The notes under the pieces are model-generated. The model was not told where the DNA came from and ran no database searches. It worked only from the letters and a program-made list of their open reading frames with translations. A program made the translations under genes and the position numbers. A stretch of 64,000 nt of DNA, taken from Dimorphilus gyrociliatus (lineage: Eukaryota; Animalia; Annelida). Where the stretch lies: the NCBI GenBank assembly GCA_904063045.1, contig CAJFCJ010000006.1, positions 558,001-622,000 of the forward strand. Direction: 5' to 3'. This document shows, in pieces, positions 52,837 to 64,000 of this stretch. Each line of letters starts with the position of its first letter. Position 1 is the first letter of the stretch.

Positions 52837-53199
52837 TATAAGACGTTGCACAGTTGGCGCGCGTACCGCGTCAGCTAGAGCAGCTGCGAGCTGGGTCTTT
52901 GTCGTCCCGCTGCGCTTTGTGAGAATACAAGGGCCTGCCCTTGTTGCCCTTGTATTGTCGCAGTAAAAATCAGCAGTGCATATCGAACGCGATGCTTGTC
53001 GCGTGCGTCTGCACGCTTATACCACGAGAACTCTTTTGTATTTTTTATGTTTTGTATTTACTTTAAAAATAAATAGTCGAACAAAATTCACTAATAATAC
53101 CTTCGACAAAAATCGCTACTATCACTACCCGGCTAACACACAACGTAAAATAAATAATTGCAAAATTGTCATCACAGTTTGACAGAATATTAAAGTCTT

Positions 53200-54191
53200 T
53201 TAATAAACAATGTCCCGAATATCGGTTGGCGTTGTTGGACCTTCATCACTTTTAGGCGGTGGTGAGCTTTTATCTGAAGAGTTGAAAGTGAGGAATTGGA
53301 CGACTTCTGCTTCAATTTGTTCTTGGTGGTGGCGGAGGCAGTCCGCTTCAATGCCCGTTATTGATTGTAGTCTTGCAAAGACGGCCTCTGCGCTCCATTC
53401 CGTTTCAATGGCTCTTAAGGCTGTTGCTAAACTAGCTGAGCTGACCAGGGAGGGGGGCATACTGGCGAACTTGAATTCTACAAGTAAAACAGAAAATTTA
53501 GCAATTTCGAATGGAGCGTTTTGAACTGCCGACACCGCACCTGTCCAGAGGCGCTAAGGTGCATCTGGCTAGTTCGTTGTATTTAAATAAAGTACAAGAA
53601 TAACTAAATCTTACCGGTAGAGCAAAGGGCGATGTAAGTTTGAGCGTAACGTTTGATTCGTTTCAGGTCTCCTGGCTTCAGTCGATCAAGAATCTGGTCT
53701 AGAAAATCGTTTGGCGTAATAGCTGAAAGGTCCCATTTTAAACGGAAAAGGACCACCATCTCCATTTCTGTTATTTCTGCCAATTGGACAGAGTAATCAG
53801 TATACATAACAAGTTTTTCTGCTGAAAGAGGAGTTGTTTCTTTGAGCTTTGATGCTATAAAAAGGCACACAGCTCCAACTAGTTGAAGTTGCCTTCTAGG
53901 CACCTGCATAACAGCTAACACACGACACATATAGTTAGAAGCCAGCGGGAAAACATCATCTTCGCATTTTTGCTCCTCGCTTACTTCCAGCATCCAAGAT
54001 AAAACAATCTTGAGCATATACGGCTTTACGTCTTTTTGAAATTGAAATGGAGGATGAGAGGGAAGGTATCGATCTTCACTCTTTAATAATCGCTCCATGA
54101 CTCGCTCGTCCTTCAAAAGAACAGGATCTGGGAACGCTCTTCTCTCCTCCTCCGCCTCCATGCACATCAATTCGACACAGTCGATATCCAT
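53200..54191 (-). CDS. CCND: G1/S cyclin D, two exons
   Basis: LxCxE motif (LMCME), RAFPDPVLLKDERV, cyclin box KIVLSWMLEVSEEQKCEDDVFPLA, and the C-terminal degron PTTPTDIRD. Confidence 0.96.
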
Positions 54192-54287
54192 AGCTTGTAG
54201 GTGATTATAAGTTTTTTTGTCAAAATGGCGCGCTCAGCAGCTCGCCGCTTTATGAATGACCGACTTCAAGTGTCGCTTCCGACGCTG

Positions 54288-54303
54288 ATTGGACCACGTG
54301 ACC
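54288..54303 (-). promoter_or_regulatory. CCAAT box abutting a GGTCACGTGG E-box in the cyclin D promoter
   Basis: Plus strand ATTGGACCACGTGACC, about 100 bp upstream of the cyclin D ATG. Confidence 0.6.
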
Positions 54304-54670
54304 TCTTTTCAATACAGTATAGATTTCCTCTGTTCCTGTGTCAAGTTTCTCAATCCCAGCATTCTCTGTCTAAAACAGGATCGGTTAGTGGTTTATGTAG
54401 GCGAAAATAGGTCGCGTCAATAGAAAGCCGAAAGCGCGCTTCCCGTCGTCCTATACTTTGGAATGCATGAGAAAAATTGTTATCTACTTTTCCTACCAAT
54501 AAACTGATCACTAACAATAGTTTCTCGTTAAGTCAACAGTTCCCATTATTTTATTTTTATTGAATTATTACATTAGATTCTATCTATAAAATACTATACA
54601 ATAGATATATACATAAACTGTATATGCACATACAGCCAGTAAATATATTATTTCTATAAGAGTTCAGTCA

Positions 54671-57600
54671 TTAACTCAACGAATGTGGGGGGAAATGACC
54701 GGCGTGTGGTGGAATGCCGAAAGGAGCGGCAAACGTTGGAGCCATTCTTTCGCTCATATGCGATGCTCCGGGTGCAGAGGGATGTGCCATCTGCTGCCAT
54801 GCAAACATGTTCATGTTGTGAGCTGCCCAAGCAGTTGCTTGATCTTGTCCTTGATTAGAAACTTGCTGTCCTTGCTGAGTACCCTCAAGTCCACATGATG
54901 GCCAACCCATAAAAGAATGAGTATGAGCTGTTGGGGGTAGGAGAGTAGCCGCTTGGTCGAAAATAGAATTACCTAGATTAGTATCAACATGACCCTTACT
55001 ACCACTACTACTACTTTTGCCGTGTCTGCGACTCGAAGACGTATGTGGAGGGGGTGCAGTAACGTGATTTTCATATGGATCAAGAAGACTAAGTCCTGTA
55101 TAAGGATCACGTGAAGCAGTAGACGACCGGTGGGCAGCAGGCTGCTGCACAGCACTGTGGGACGATCTTACTTTTGAACAGGATTGCTGCGAAGGCATTA
55201 TAAAATTCGAATGAGTTGTAGTTGTCGTGGGGCCAGAAGTGAGTGAAAAAGAGAATGGGGGAGGAATTATCGGCTCATGAGTCCAACCCCTTTGAGACAA
55301 ACCATACTGGCCTCCATAGTGTTGCGACAAAAATGGCGGGGCAGCAGGTGCTACAGTTTGCTTTTGTTTTGTCGAAGATGTACTTGTTTCCATATGAGTT
55401 AAACGCATTGCGCTGCCGCTTTCCGATGACGGTTTTGTTGGGGTACTTTTGGCAATAGGTATAGAATTCGACGATGGAATTCCACATGCAGATGGAGATG
55501 GTTTGGATGCTGTCAAAGGGGTCCCTACTGCTTTACTGGGAGAGGATGTTGTTGAACGAACATTGCAGGATGATTTTTTTGCCTCATTTATTGGTTTATT
55601 TGGTTGGATAGATGGGTGCGGGGGTGCGTAGTGAGTTATTGGTTGAGCAAGGGGAGGCGGCACAACTGATCGACGCGGAGGATCTGTAAAGGCATCTGGA
55701 ATAACCAAACTGTCTTGTGTAGGCATATCATTGAGCAATTCGAGACCATTAGGTTCATCAGCTATTTTTGCAGGCATTGGCGTTCCTAAATTCGGTATAG
55801 GGCCATTGAACGATTCCAAATAGGACGGCATTGTTTCGTTTTTATCTTCATTTAAACATTTAACATCTTTAGTAATAACTTGCTTTTCCTTTTCATTTTT
55901 CTCTTTATCTTTGCTTTTATGCTTATGTTTGTGCTTCTTCTCCTTATCTTTGTGTTTCTTCTTCTTCTTGTGCTTTTCTTTATGCTTTTTGGAAGAACTA
56001 TTTGATTTATCAGGGGTAGTCTCTGATGTTGAAGTATCATGTGTTCTCGGAGTAGTCTCAGTAGCTGTTTCCTTTTCACTTCTATTTTTTTCATTTTTAT
56101 TTTTAAAACCCTCTTTAAGCGAAGACTGCGTGTCTTCGGTAACAACAGGAGTCACTTTCGGAGGAGTAACTTCTGATTTTTTTATAGGTGATCTTTCAGT
56201 AGATTTATCTTGTTTGTTTGAGTTATTAAGTGGAGATTCTTCAACAAGTTCTTTTGTTTCTGCTACCGCTTCATCCTCGTCAACGAAAGTATAGGGATCA
56301 CTTCCAAAGTTATTATTTTTCTTTGGAGTTTTCTTAGCAGGAGTAGTGTTGTTTCGTTTTGATGTATTAGCTTGTTTTTGATTCGCAGATTTTCCTCTCG
56401 TATTATTGTTATGGTTAATAGAAGTATCATTAAAGTTGGTTTGATTGCCATAGTCAGAATTAGTGGTTGAGGTGTTTGACTCTGTTTTGGCTTTTTTTGC
56501 TGAAGGAATCAGTAATGGATTAGCAGCTCGCTTTATCCCCTTCCGTTCAACAGCGTCTGCTGACACGGAAGAAGCATTCATATTTTCTATTCGATCCAAG
56601 ACGGATGGCAAATCTTTTGTTGCAAATTCAATAGTATCAGGGAGTATGTCCACCGTATTCAATGATTCTCCTTTTGCTTTCTTTGCTTTTTTGCTAAGAT
56701 TAGGAGAATTAGATGTATCTTTTTCGGACTTAACTCCTTCGTTACTTCCTACTTTTTTCTGCGGGGATGGAGTTGAACATTTTTTTTGTTTATCTTTTTT
56801 AGGTGAAGGTGACGCCTTAGCAGATTGCGTAGTATTTATACTCGGTGCCTCTACATCAGTAACTATTGATAAACATGGCATGTCAAGATAATCTATTTCA
56901 TTTTCTTCTGTTTCACTGTTTTCGACAATGTCGTCTTTTTGAGGTGAAAGATTTACGTCAACATCTGGGGACTTAAATATATGTTCAGCGGCTTTAGCCA
57001 GAATATCATCATCAGGTGAAGCCTTAATCTTTTTTCCTTTAGGTTTCTTTCCTTTTTCAAGCTTTTTTGAATTAGATGATTCGCTTTGAGTTGGTGTAAC
57101 AACTGGTGTACTTGTGGATTGTGTAGTTTGTGTAGAAAGAGCTGGGACAAATGTTGTAATTACATTTTGTTGTTGTAAAATTGGGCCATTGCCTGTGATT
57201 ATTTGTCCTAAATTAGGGGCTAAGACTGTTCCGTTTTGAAGAAGTTGCTGAGGAACTATGGTTCCTCCACCTATCAAAACACCGTTATTTGTTTGAATTG
57301 CTTGTGTGACTATGTTGGCACTGGTAGTTGCCGTGGGCTTGGGCATAATCATTCTTTGACCCTTCTTTTGCGGCGGTTGTTTACGAATAATTACTTGTCC
57401 TGTTGCACTTGGTACAACACCATGCAACAGAGGTAGACCATTCTGATCAAGTACCGGCTGCCCCCCTGGAGGAAGAGTTAGGACTAATGTTCCTGTTGAA
57501 GTTATCATCGCTTGAGGATCTTTTCCCCGATGTCCCTGTAGACGAACTTGAGTGGGTTTGATTACTTGTTGTGCTTGATTCATTAGAAAAGTCGGCTTGT

Positions 57601-59085
57601 TGTCCACAACTAGATGCGGTTGAGTTACCACTGGAACAACTGTTCCATTCGGTAAAAGTAAAGCTTGGGGTAAATTATTCCCTTGGCTGGGCACTGATAC
57701 AATTTGTTGGTTTGATGAATTTGCAGATAGTTGTTGAGAGGTGGATGATTCCTGGCCTGCTGTCGGACAAGACAGCCCTTCAACAGAACCAGTTTCATTC
57801 ACTTCGTTCGTCTGCTGGTTATTGCCATCGTTGACGAAGAAAACTTGGCCATTAGATTGAACTACTACCCTACCAGAGGGCTGACTCTCATCTATAAGTG
57901 ACGCGCTGTTCCCTAAAACCGTATTTTCTGTTGTTGTCAAAGTTGTTGAGAAAGAATTTTCCAAATTGACTGGAGCCATTTGTGTAAACATTGGTGTTTG
58001 CATGGGAACAGCAGGTTGTAGATTATTTGACATAACGTTATGTAGGGCACCCTGATTTAAAACTTTATTTCTGAGTGAATATTTAGATAATTTTATTTTA
58101 CCTGCGAAAGAACTATAGGCTGATGCATAAAAACATCTCCTGCATCCTGGGTTTGACTGTCTGGTGTTTGATCTGAGCATTCTTTGGCCGCAAGGTGTTC
58201 ACTGACGGTCATTAATCTGTAATTATTTTTCCAATATAAGAACCCAAAGAAAAAATTGTCTTTCTTACTTTCGCTTTTTTTGAATCGCACTTTCAGGTTC
58301 GGCTATATCCACACTCGAGTCCGCAGGTTGCTGGTTCGCAGATGATTCATTGTTAGGTTTAAAAGTCGTTGCAGGTGATTTTGGAGATTGTTGGCTTGTG
58401 GTTACAGTTTCCACTATTTTTTTGTCTAGTTTAAGAGCACTCAGTCTTGCGTTTTCTAATTCTAATTTCTTTACCCTTTCTTTTAGTTGAGCAACCTCAT
58501 CAGCTTTAAGAGAATTATGGTTATGACTGATTGATAAAAAGAGAAAAGAACTAACCTATTACATCCGAAACATTTTCAGTCAGTAGTCTATCATTTGCGA
58601 CAACGATCTCCTGGAAATAGTGTCTGGCAGATTCAAGAATATGCAGAGAACTCTGTAGAGATAATTGTAAGTCATTTCGTAAAACAAAACCACAAGTCTA
58701 CCTCTTTCTGGCCTGGAGTATGATACTTAAGGGGTAACATTTCTCCTATTTGATGTATCGCTTGCTTTATTTGGTCTTTTCTCTTTCTCTCTGAAGTGCA
58801 TCGGTGCAGTTTCTTTACCTGACTCTTTTCAGTGACAGCTCCACCGTTCTCTTCATCATCAGATAGTTCTTGTGGTTGAGAGGAAGCTTCTAGAGTTCAA
58901 TTATAAATGAGTTTAGATAATTTCATGAAGACAACGAGCTTTTATAGTTATGAATTTTTATATGCATTGTTGTCAACGTATTATAATTGATATAGGTAAG
59001 CAAACGCACCTTTCCGTTCATCTGCTCCGCAATCGGATGTGTTTTCAATAACTTTGTTATTCGATTTATCCCTTACTATCGACAT
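54671..59085 (-). CDS. USF3: USF3/KIAA2018-like bHLH-zipper protein with a long low-complexity C-terminus (multi-exon)
   Basis: Small 5' exons encode SERKRKDQIKQAIHQIGEMLP ... SSLHILESARHYFQEIVVANDRLL ... EVAQLKERVKKLELENARL, followed by a 3.4 kb exon rich in Q/T/S/P and K/H. Confidence 0.75.
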
Positions 59086-59334
59086 TATGTCGAATTAGAG
59101 TTGACTGACGTCGTACTTTTATTATGTTAGTACATGATCTCGAACCAAACAACTGGCGGCCATTTTGTTGTCTTATGCATATGCATTTTTGCGCGCGTCT
59201 CGTTTCTAACTAAGGTGAAACGCCATCTAGCGAACCATTTGGCAACGAAAATACTAATAACCTACTTTTCATAGTTTTTTATTACAACAATCACAGAATA
59301 AGCTTTGAAATCGAAATAAAATAAATTGATAACA

Positions 59335-62300
59335 TTAAAATGGTTGTGTCTTTTCCATGTGCTTTGCAATAGAACAGTCCAACTGTTGCTGAATGCTATT
59401 TATGACAGACTGATCAGTTCTAAATGATTCATTAATGTCTTTCATTTTGTCAGATGGATTCATTGACTCTAAACGGAATCTACTTCTTCCTGATAACCTG
59501 GAGAAAAATCATATGATAGAGATATAGTCTAAAATGTTTAGCAGGAGCTTACCCAAATTGTAAGTATTTCTCATGAGACAGCTGTAATTGTTTGGATAGC
59601 TCGGCACATTGCTTTACCTCATCGTCATAGAGTTCCCTGTATTTTTCGGAATTAACAAAAGCTTCAGTAGCATTTCATGTCTTAATACCTCAAGCGTTTA
59701 ATTTCCCTGTCTTTTGCATCTTTCTCCACGCGAACCTGTGAAGCTTGCTGTTTGGCAAGAATTACATCGTTTTTAACATGTTCCATTTCCCTAATGAGAT
59801 CAATTTCTCTTTTCTCTTTTAATAGAACATTCTGCTGTCGAACTTGAGATTCTTCTTCTAATCGTGCGTTCATCTGATCCATATTGTGGTAAGCAAATAA
59901 CTATTCTTAAATGTTAATTTTTACCTCTTTGAGCTGTCTATTTAGTTCATCTTTAGCCTTAATTTCCCATTCGTGCCTAGTTTGTTCCTTTCCACTTTCG
60001 AATACTTTGAAATCATTAAACTCTTCCAGAAGACGATCTCTAGATATTTCTAGATTTCGGTAATCCAATTGCAGTTGCTTTAGAGCAGATGATCGAGATT
60101 TATATTTTTCCATTAAGGATTTCAGTTTAGTTGAAGTTTGAACTTTCAGCGATTTACCATTCCCAGTTTCCTGTAAAATATTAAATTACTAGTATAGAAT
60201 TTCATAAGAAAATAGTTAACTTTCAAGCGCTTCTTTGCAATTTTTAGGTGTGTTTTAAGCAAGTTGACTTCTTTTTCCAGTTTGTCATTACTCTCCATCA
60301 GACCTTCCATTTTAGTTTCAGCAACTTTCTTCAACTCAAGAACTTTTCGCATTTTCTGCTTTTCCTGCAATATAAATCATTTTAGACCACACATGTCAAT
60401 AAAAAAGTATGCTAATTACAGCTTGGATTTGTAGTAAAGACTCTTGCTTTCCTCTTTCTAATTCTGCTATCTGCATTCAGTGTAAAATACATCAAGAGAA
60501 CTTAAAAAATATACAAGTTAACCCGAATTCCTAGGGCTGACTTCGATTTAACTTCAGTTTCCCACAGTGACTTTGAATCTTGAGCATGGTTTATTGCTTG
60601 ACTTTGAGCAACTTCTACTTCCTATTAAATTTTTTGTACAGTGACACAGAAAATCAAAGGGATTGGAGCTACTTACATTAATTCTGTATTCTAGTTTATT
60701 ATTGGCTATTTGTAATTTATCTGCTTTGTCACAGCTTTCTTTGTATAGCTGTCGTTGAACATAACATTAGGGCAAAATGAAGCAAGTTGATGCTTCATTA
60801 TATTTTTTGAAAGAAGTTCTTTCAATAACACTGAATGCAGCAATGTTAAAATTTCCAGGTTTAACATATCGTTTGATTGATATTAATTAAGTTAAATTAC
60901 AAGCATTTGTGCAAATTGTATCATGCATTGTGAGCATAATTCAATCATTACCTGATTTAATTCATCAACTTTGGCTTTAAGATTTTCAACTGTTATTATT
61001 TCAGTGTTTAAGGATTTGTTAGCCTCATTTAATTGTATCTGCAATTGTTTTGCTTCTATTTCCAGCTCATTCTGTTTTAGAAAAATTGTGAACTAGTTCA
61101 ATTAAAAGTAAAATAGTATACTTTTAGTTTTTCTAAATTTTTTATTATCTCTGTCTTGACTGCCAATTGCTGCTGAGATTCACTATAAATACGCTTGACG
61201 TTTTCCAGTTCAAGAACTGTTTCACTACTCTATATTTGAAAGCTTTTGTACTAATTAATAATAAATAAGTTTCTTTACTCTACCTTTTCTTTTGCTTCTG
61301 TGTAGTTTTTATAATTCTTATCTGCACTCTTTTGAGATGTTGTCAATTTTTCAGTGAGGTTCTTTACTTCGTTTTGTAATTCAGATATAATCTACAACAG
61401 TATAATTTAAAAAATTGCTTAGAGTTTCTTTTGTGTACCTGCTGGGAACTTGCACAAGTAGTCTTCATCTTATCTATTTCTATTTGCTGATTTTCAAAAT
61501 CAGTTTTCGATTTCGATATATCAACCTCTAAACGCTCATTTCGGCATTTCAAAATAGCTGCCTACAAAATATGAATATTAATACCATTGTGACAATCAGG
61601 CAACATTAAATAAAAGGAAAGTATTTGATAAGAAAATAACAATTACCTCCTCTCTATATTTATAGATACTTTCTTGAAGCTTGTCTTCAGTCTACGTAAA
61701 AAAAATTATATATAAAATGAAGTATAGCTTTATATTTATTAAGAATTAATCGAATGAATTTTGTAACATATTGACTCGGTTTCCGTTTATACCTCTTTGC
61801 GATCATTTTTTAAAATTTCTAGACTGTTTTCCAAAAGGGAGTGGGTTGTGACTGGCACAGTCCCTTTTTGCACACTCTCATTCTCTTTTCTTAATTCTGA
61901 GCACCTATATGTATATATACATATTCTTATATAAATATGTATATTATATATAATTATGCACATTTGAATATATTTAGAATTTTGCTACACATCATCTATC
62001 ACGGATAGGAGTGGAAGACTTTTATAGATGTCGTTGACAAAATATGGAATTGAACTATATTCCACTTGCCCGTGACATATGATGTAATTTGAAGAGTTTG
62101 AATTTATCAACTAGAACTTAAAATATAACTTTTGAAAGTGCATAGGTTGATTTTTGCAGTTCATAAGCATAATTTAAAGAACGCAAATTAGAAAAAAATG
62201 TGATAATGTTGGAGAAATAAAATAAAAAGCTAGGGGGACCAGAAGAACTCTTTCGTGCTGGGGTGATTGGTCTCTGATATTAAGCAGAGATTAACTTGAT

Positions 62301-64000
62301 GAAAACTGTGCATTCTGGTATAATAACCGATCACTAACCGTATTTGTAGTTCATTCAAATGAACTTGTAGTTGTATATTTGTTTCCTAATATAATACAAG
62401 CTTCTAATTGAAATTTCAGATCGCTTAATTATTTTCAAATTAATCCTAAAGTACTACAGTATTATAATAAATAAACTATTGTTATGATGTAATTATTTGT
62501 TACAACACTCGAATTCTCAATATTTAGATATATTTTCCTTTAATAAATTAATGTTGAGCATATATTACGTAAGAAATTTTCTATCTTACAACAATATAAC
62601 CTCAATGTTTAAGAGAATTATTTTTTGGACATAATTTACTAAGCATTAACAATTAAATCATTAAATACATATACTGACCTTCTCCGATTGGAATTTTTCA
62701 TTTAATTCGGATAAAGAATCTAATTCTTTTTTATACTTTTCGATTTCTAAACTTTTTTCCTTTATCTATCAATCATTTGAATTCTTATTACATAGTTTTG
62801 TCATTTGTTTCTTAACAATATACAGAACATCCAAAAGTATATACTTACTTCGGCTTTATATTCACAAACTTTCACTTTTAAATTTTCAAGATCCTTGTGT
62901 AGTTCCTATTTGAAATAAGTCTATAGGCATAAAAAAAATTCCTACAAATTTTACCTGATTATCTTGCTCCACATTAGACAATTTTTGGGTTGTTAAATCA
63001 CTCTCCTCCTGCTGTTGATCTCGCATATTCGATAAGGTACTATATATGTTTATTATCGATTTTTTATATTGTATTTTGTCTGGAAAGCAATTAAAATAAC
63101 CTGGCTAATTCATTCTTCTCGGTTTCCAAAAGCAACTTGAACTTTGCCATATTCTCAAAATTGCTCTGGAAATGTTCTTTTTCAGACTTTAAAATTGATA
63201 TATCCCCATTGAGCTTCGTCAATTCAACCTTATGCTTTAGAGATGTTCGTTCTAAGGCTTCAGTAACTAATGTCTGAAAATTTTTTTAAATTTACGAATT
63301 TCTGTTGTAATTATTACACACACTTTTTCCTTAATTTCTGCTTCATATTTTTGATACAGTATGGCATAGTCATCTTGGACTTGTTGAAGATCCTTTTCAC
63401 TTGACTTTATCTTACGCTCGTATTCCATCTGAAATACATTGTCTTATCTATCGTGTTTATCGATAAATATTCTTACTTTCATAGCTTCACATTCAATAAA
63501 TAAACGTTCTTCGTCATCTGATTTAAATGATTTAATATCCTAAAAATACAATCAGATATGAATTATGATCTTGAGGCATTAAAGTGCGTACTTTTGTACA
63601 ACTGTCTTGATTTATGTTCTCTGTCACCGCTTCTAGCCTGAAAACAGTAATCATCTATATAAATATTTTATATCCTCATATATAATCTTTTATAATCTTT
63701 AATATTAATAATTTGGAGGAATTTTGATTATATTTCAATAATTTTTCATTTGCATTTTAGATACTTTTTAGAGGGGGAGCTTAAAAGGTCAGCTATTTTT
63801 TTTTCCAAAACTGTTCGCTGGTCTTTTTCGTCTCTCAAGATATCTCTGTAAATATATGTGATCAGAAGTGTAAGAGTGGCATTCAAAAGTAAACATACTG
63901 TAAATTGTTTATTTGTCGTTCAAGGTCAGTCTTACTTCGACTAACTGTCTCCAACTCTTTTAAGAGTTGGCTATTTTCATTTTCAAGATTTTTTTTCTTA
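59335..64000 (-). CDS. ANKRD26: ANKRD26/CCDC144-like coiled-coil protein, 3' part (5' end outside the window)
   Basis: KMRKVLELKKVAETKMEGLMESNDKLEKEVNLLKTHLKIAKKRL, EWEIKAKDELNRQLKEV and EKYRELYDDEVK resemble the ANKRD26 C-terminal coiled coil. There are many short GT-AG introns. Confidence 0.72.

Noticed and set aside
55911-56891. Plus-strand ORFs over the USF3-like exon, and other antisense ORFs in the track
   Set aside because: They are shadow frames of real genes on the opposite strand, produced by low-complexity codons.
61833-61868. Inverted repeat AAAAGGGA...TCCCTTTT
   Set aside because: It lies within a coding exon of the ANKRD26-like gene, and the stem is short.

Overview
This is a eukaryotic window: AT-rich, very gene-dense, mostly 45-65 nt GT-AG introns and often under 300 bp between genes. 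It is a compact bilaterian genome. An NR0B receptor and a DYGWGGGRFamide sulfakinin point to a spiralian, plausibly a miniature annelid such as Dimorphilus (inference only). About 26 protein-coding loci were reconstructed by splicing across the ORF track, in order: PRDM3/16, NR0B-like receptor, ARFGAP1, MAP7/ensconsin, Fos, RPS14, a candidate neuropeptide precursor, an orphan class A GPCR, TMEM65, nischarin, ZYG11, a sulfakinin/CCK precursor, a PLAC8-family locus, an unknown gene, PSMD9, two GT31 glycosyltransferases, an MFHAS1-like LRR-Roc gene, MTTP, DCTN6, PATJ/MPDZ, cyclin D, USF3-like, and a partial ANKRD26-like gene. There is also one tRNA-Asn and two decayed Tc1/Tc3-type transposase remnants. 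Best leads: (1) a three-exon secreted prohormone-like gene missed by the ORF track, directly upstream of an orphan GPCR; (2) two inferred non-GT splice donors (GA in the GPCR, GG in nischarin) 3 kb apart; (3) a DBD-less DAX1/SHP-like receptor with flanking NR5A-type sites, plus an HNF4-type DR1 in the MTTP promoter; (4) a PLAC8 locus with two paralogous first exons sharing one last exon; (5) a GC-rich multi-hairpin element where the PATJ and cyclin D 3' UTRs converge. Family assignments come from remembered motifs; no database search was run. No CRISPR array or rRNA was seen.
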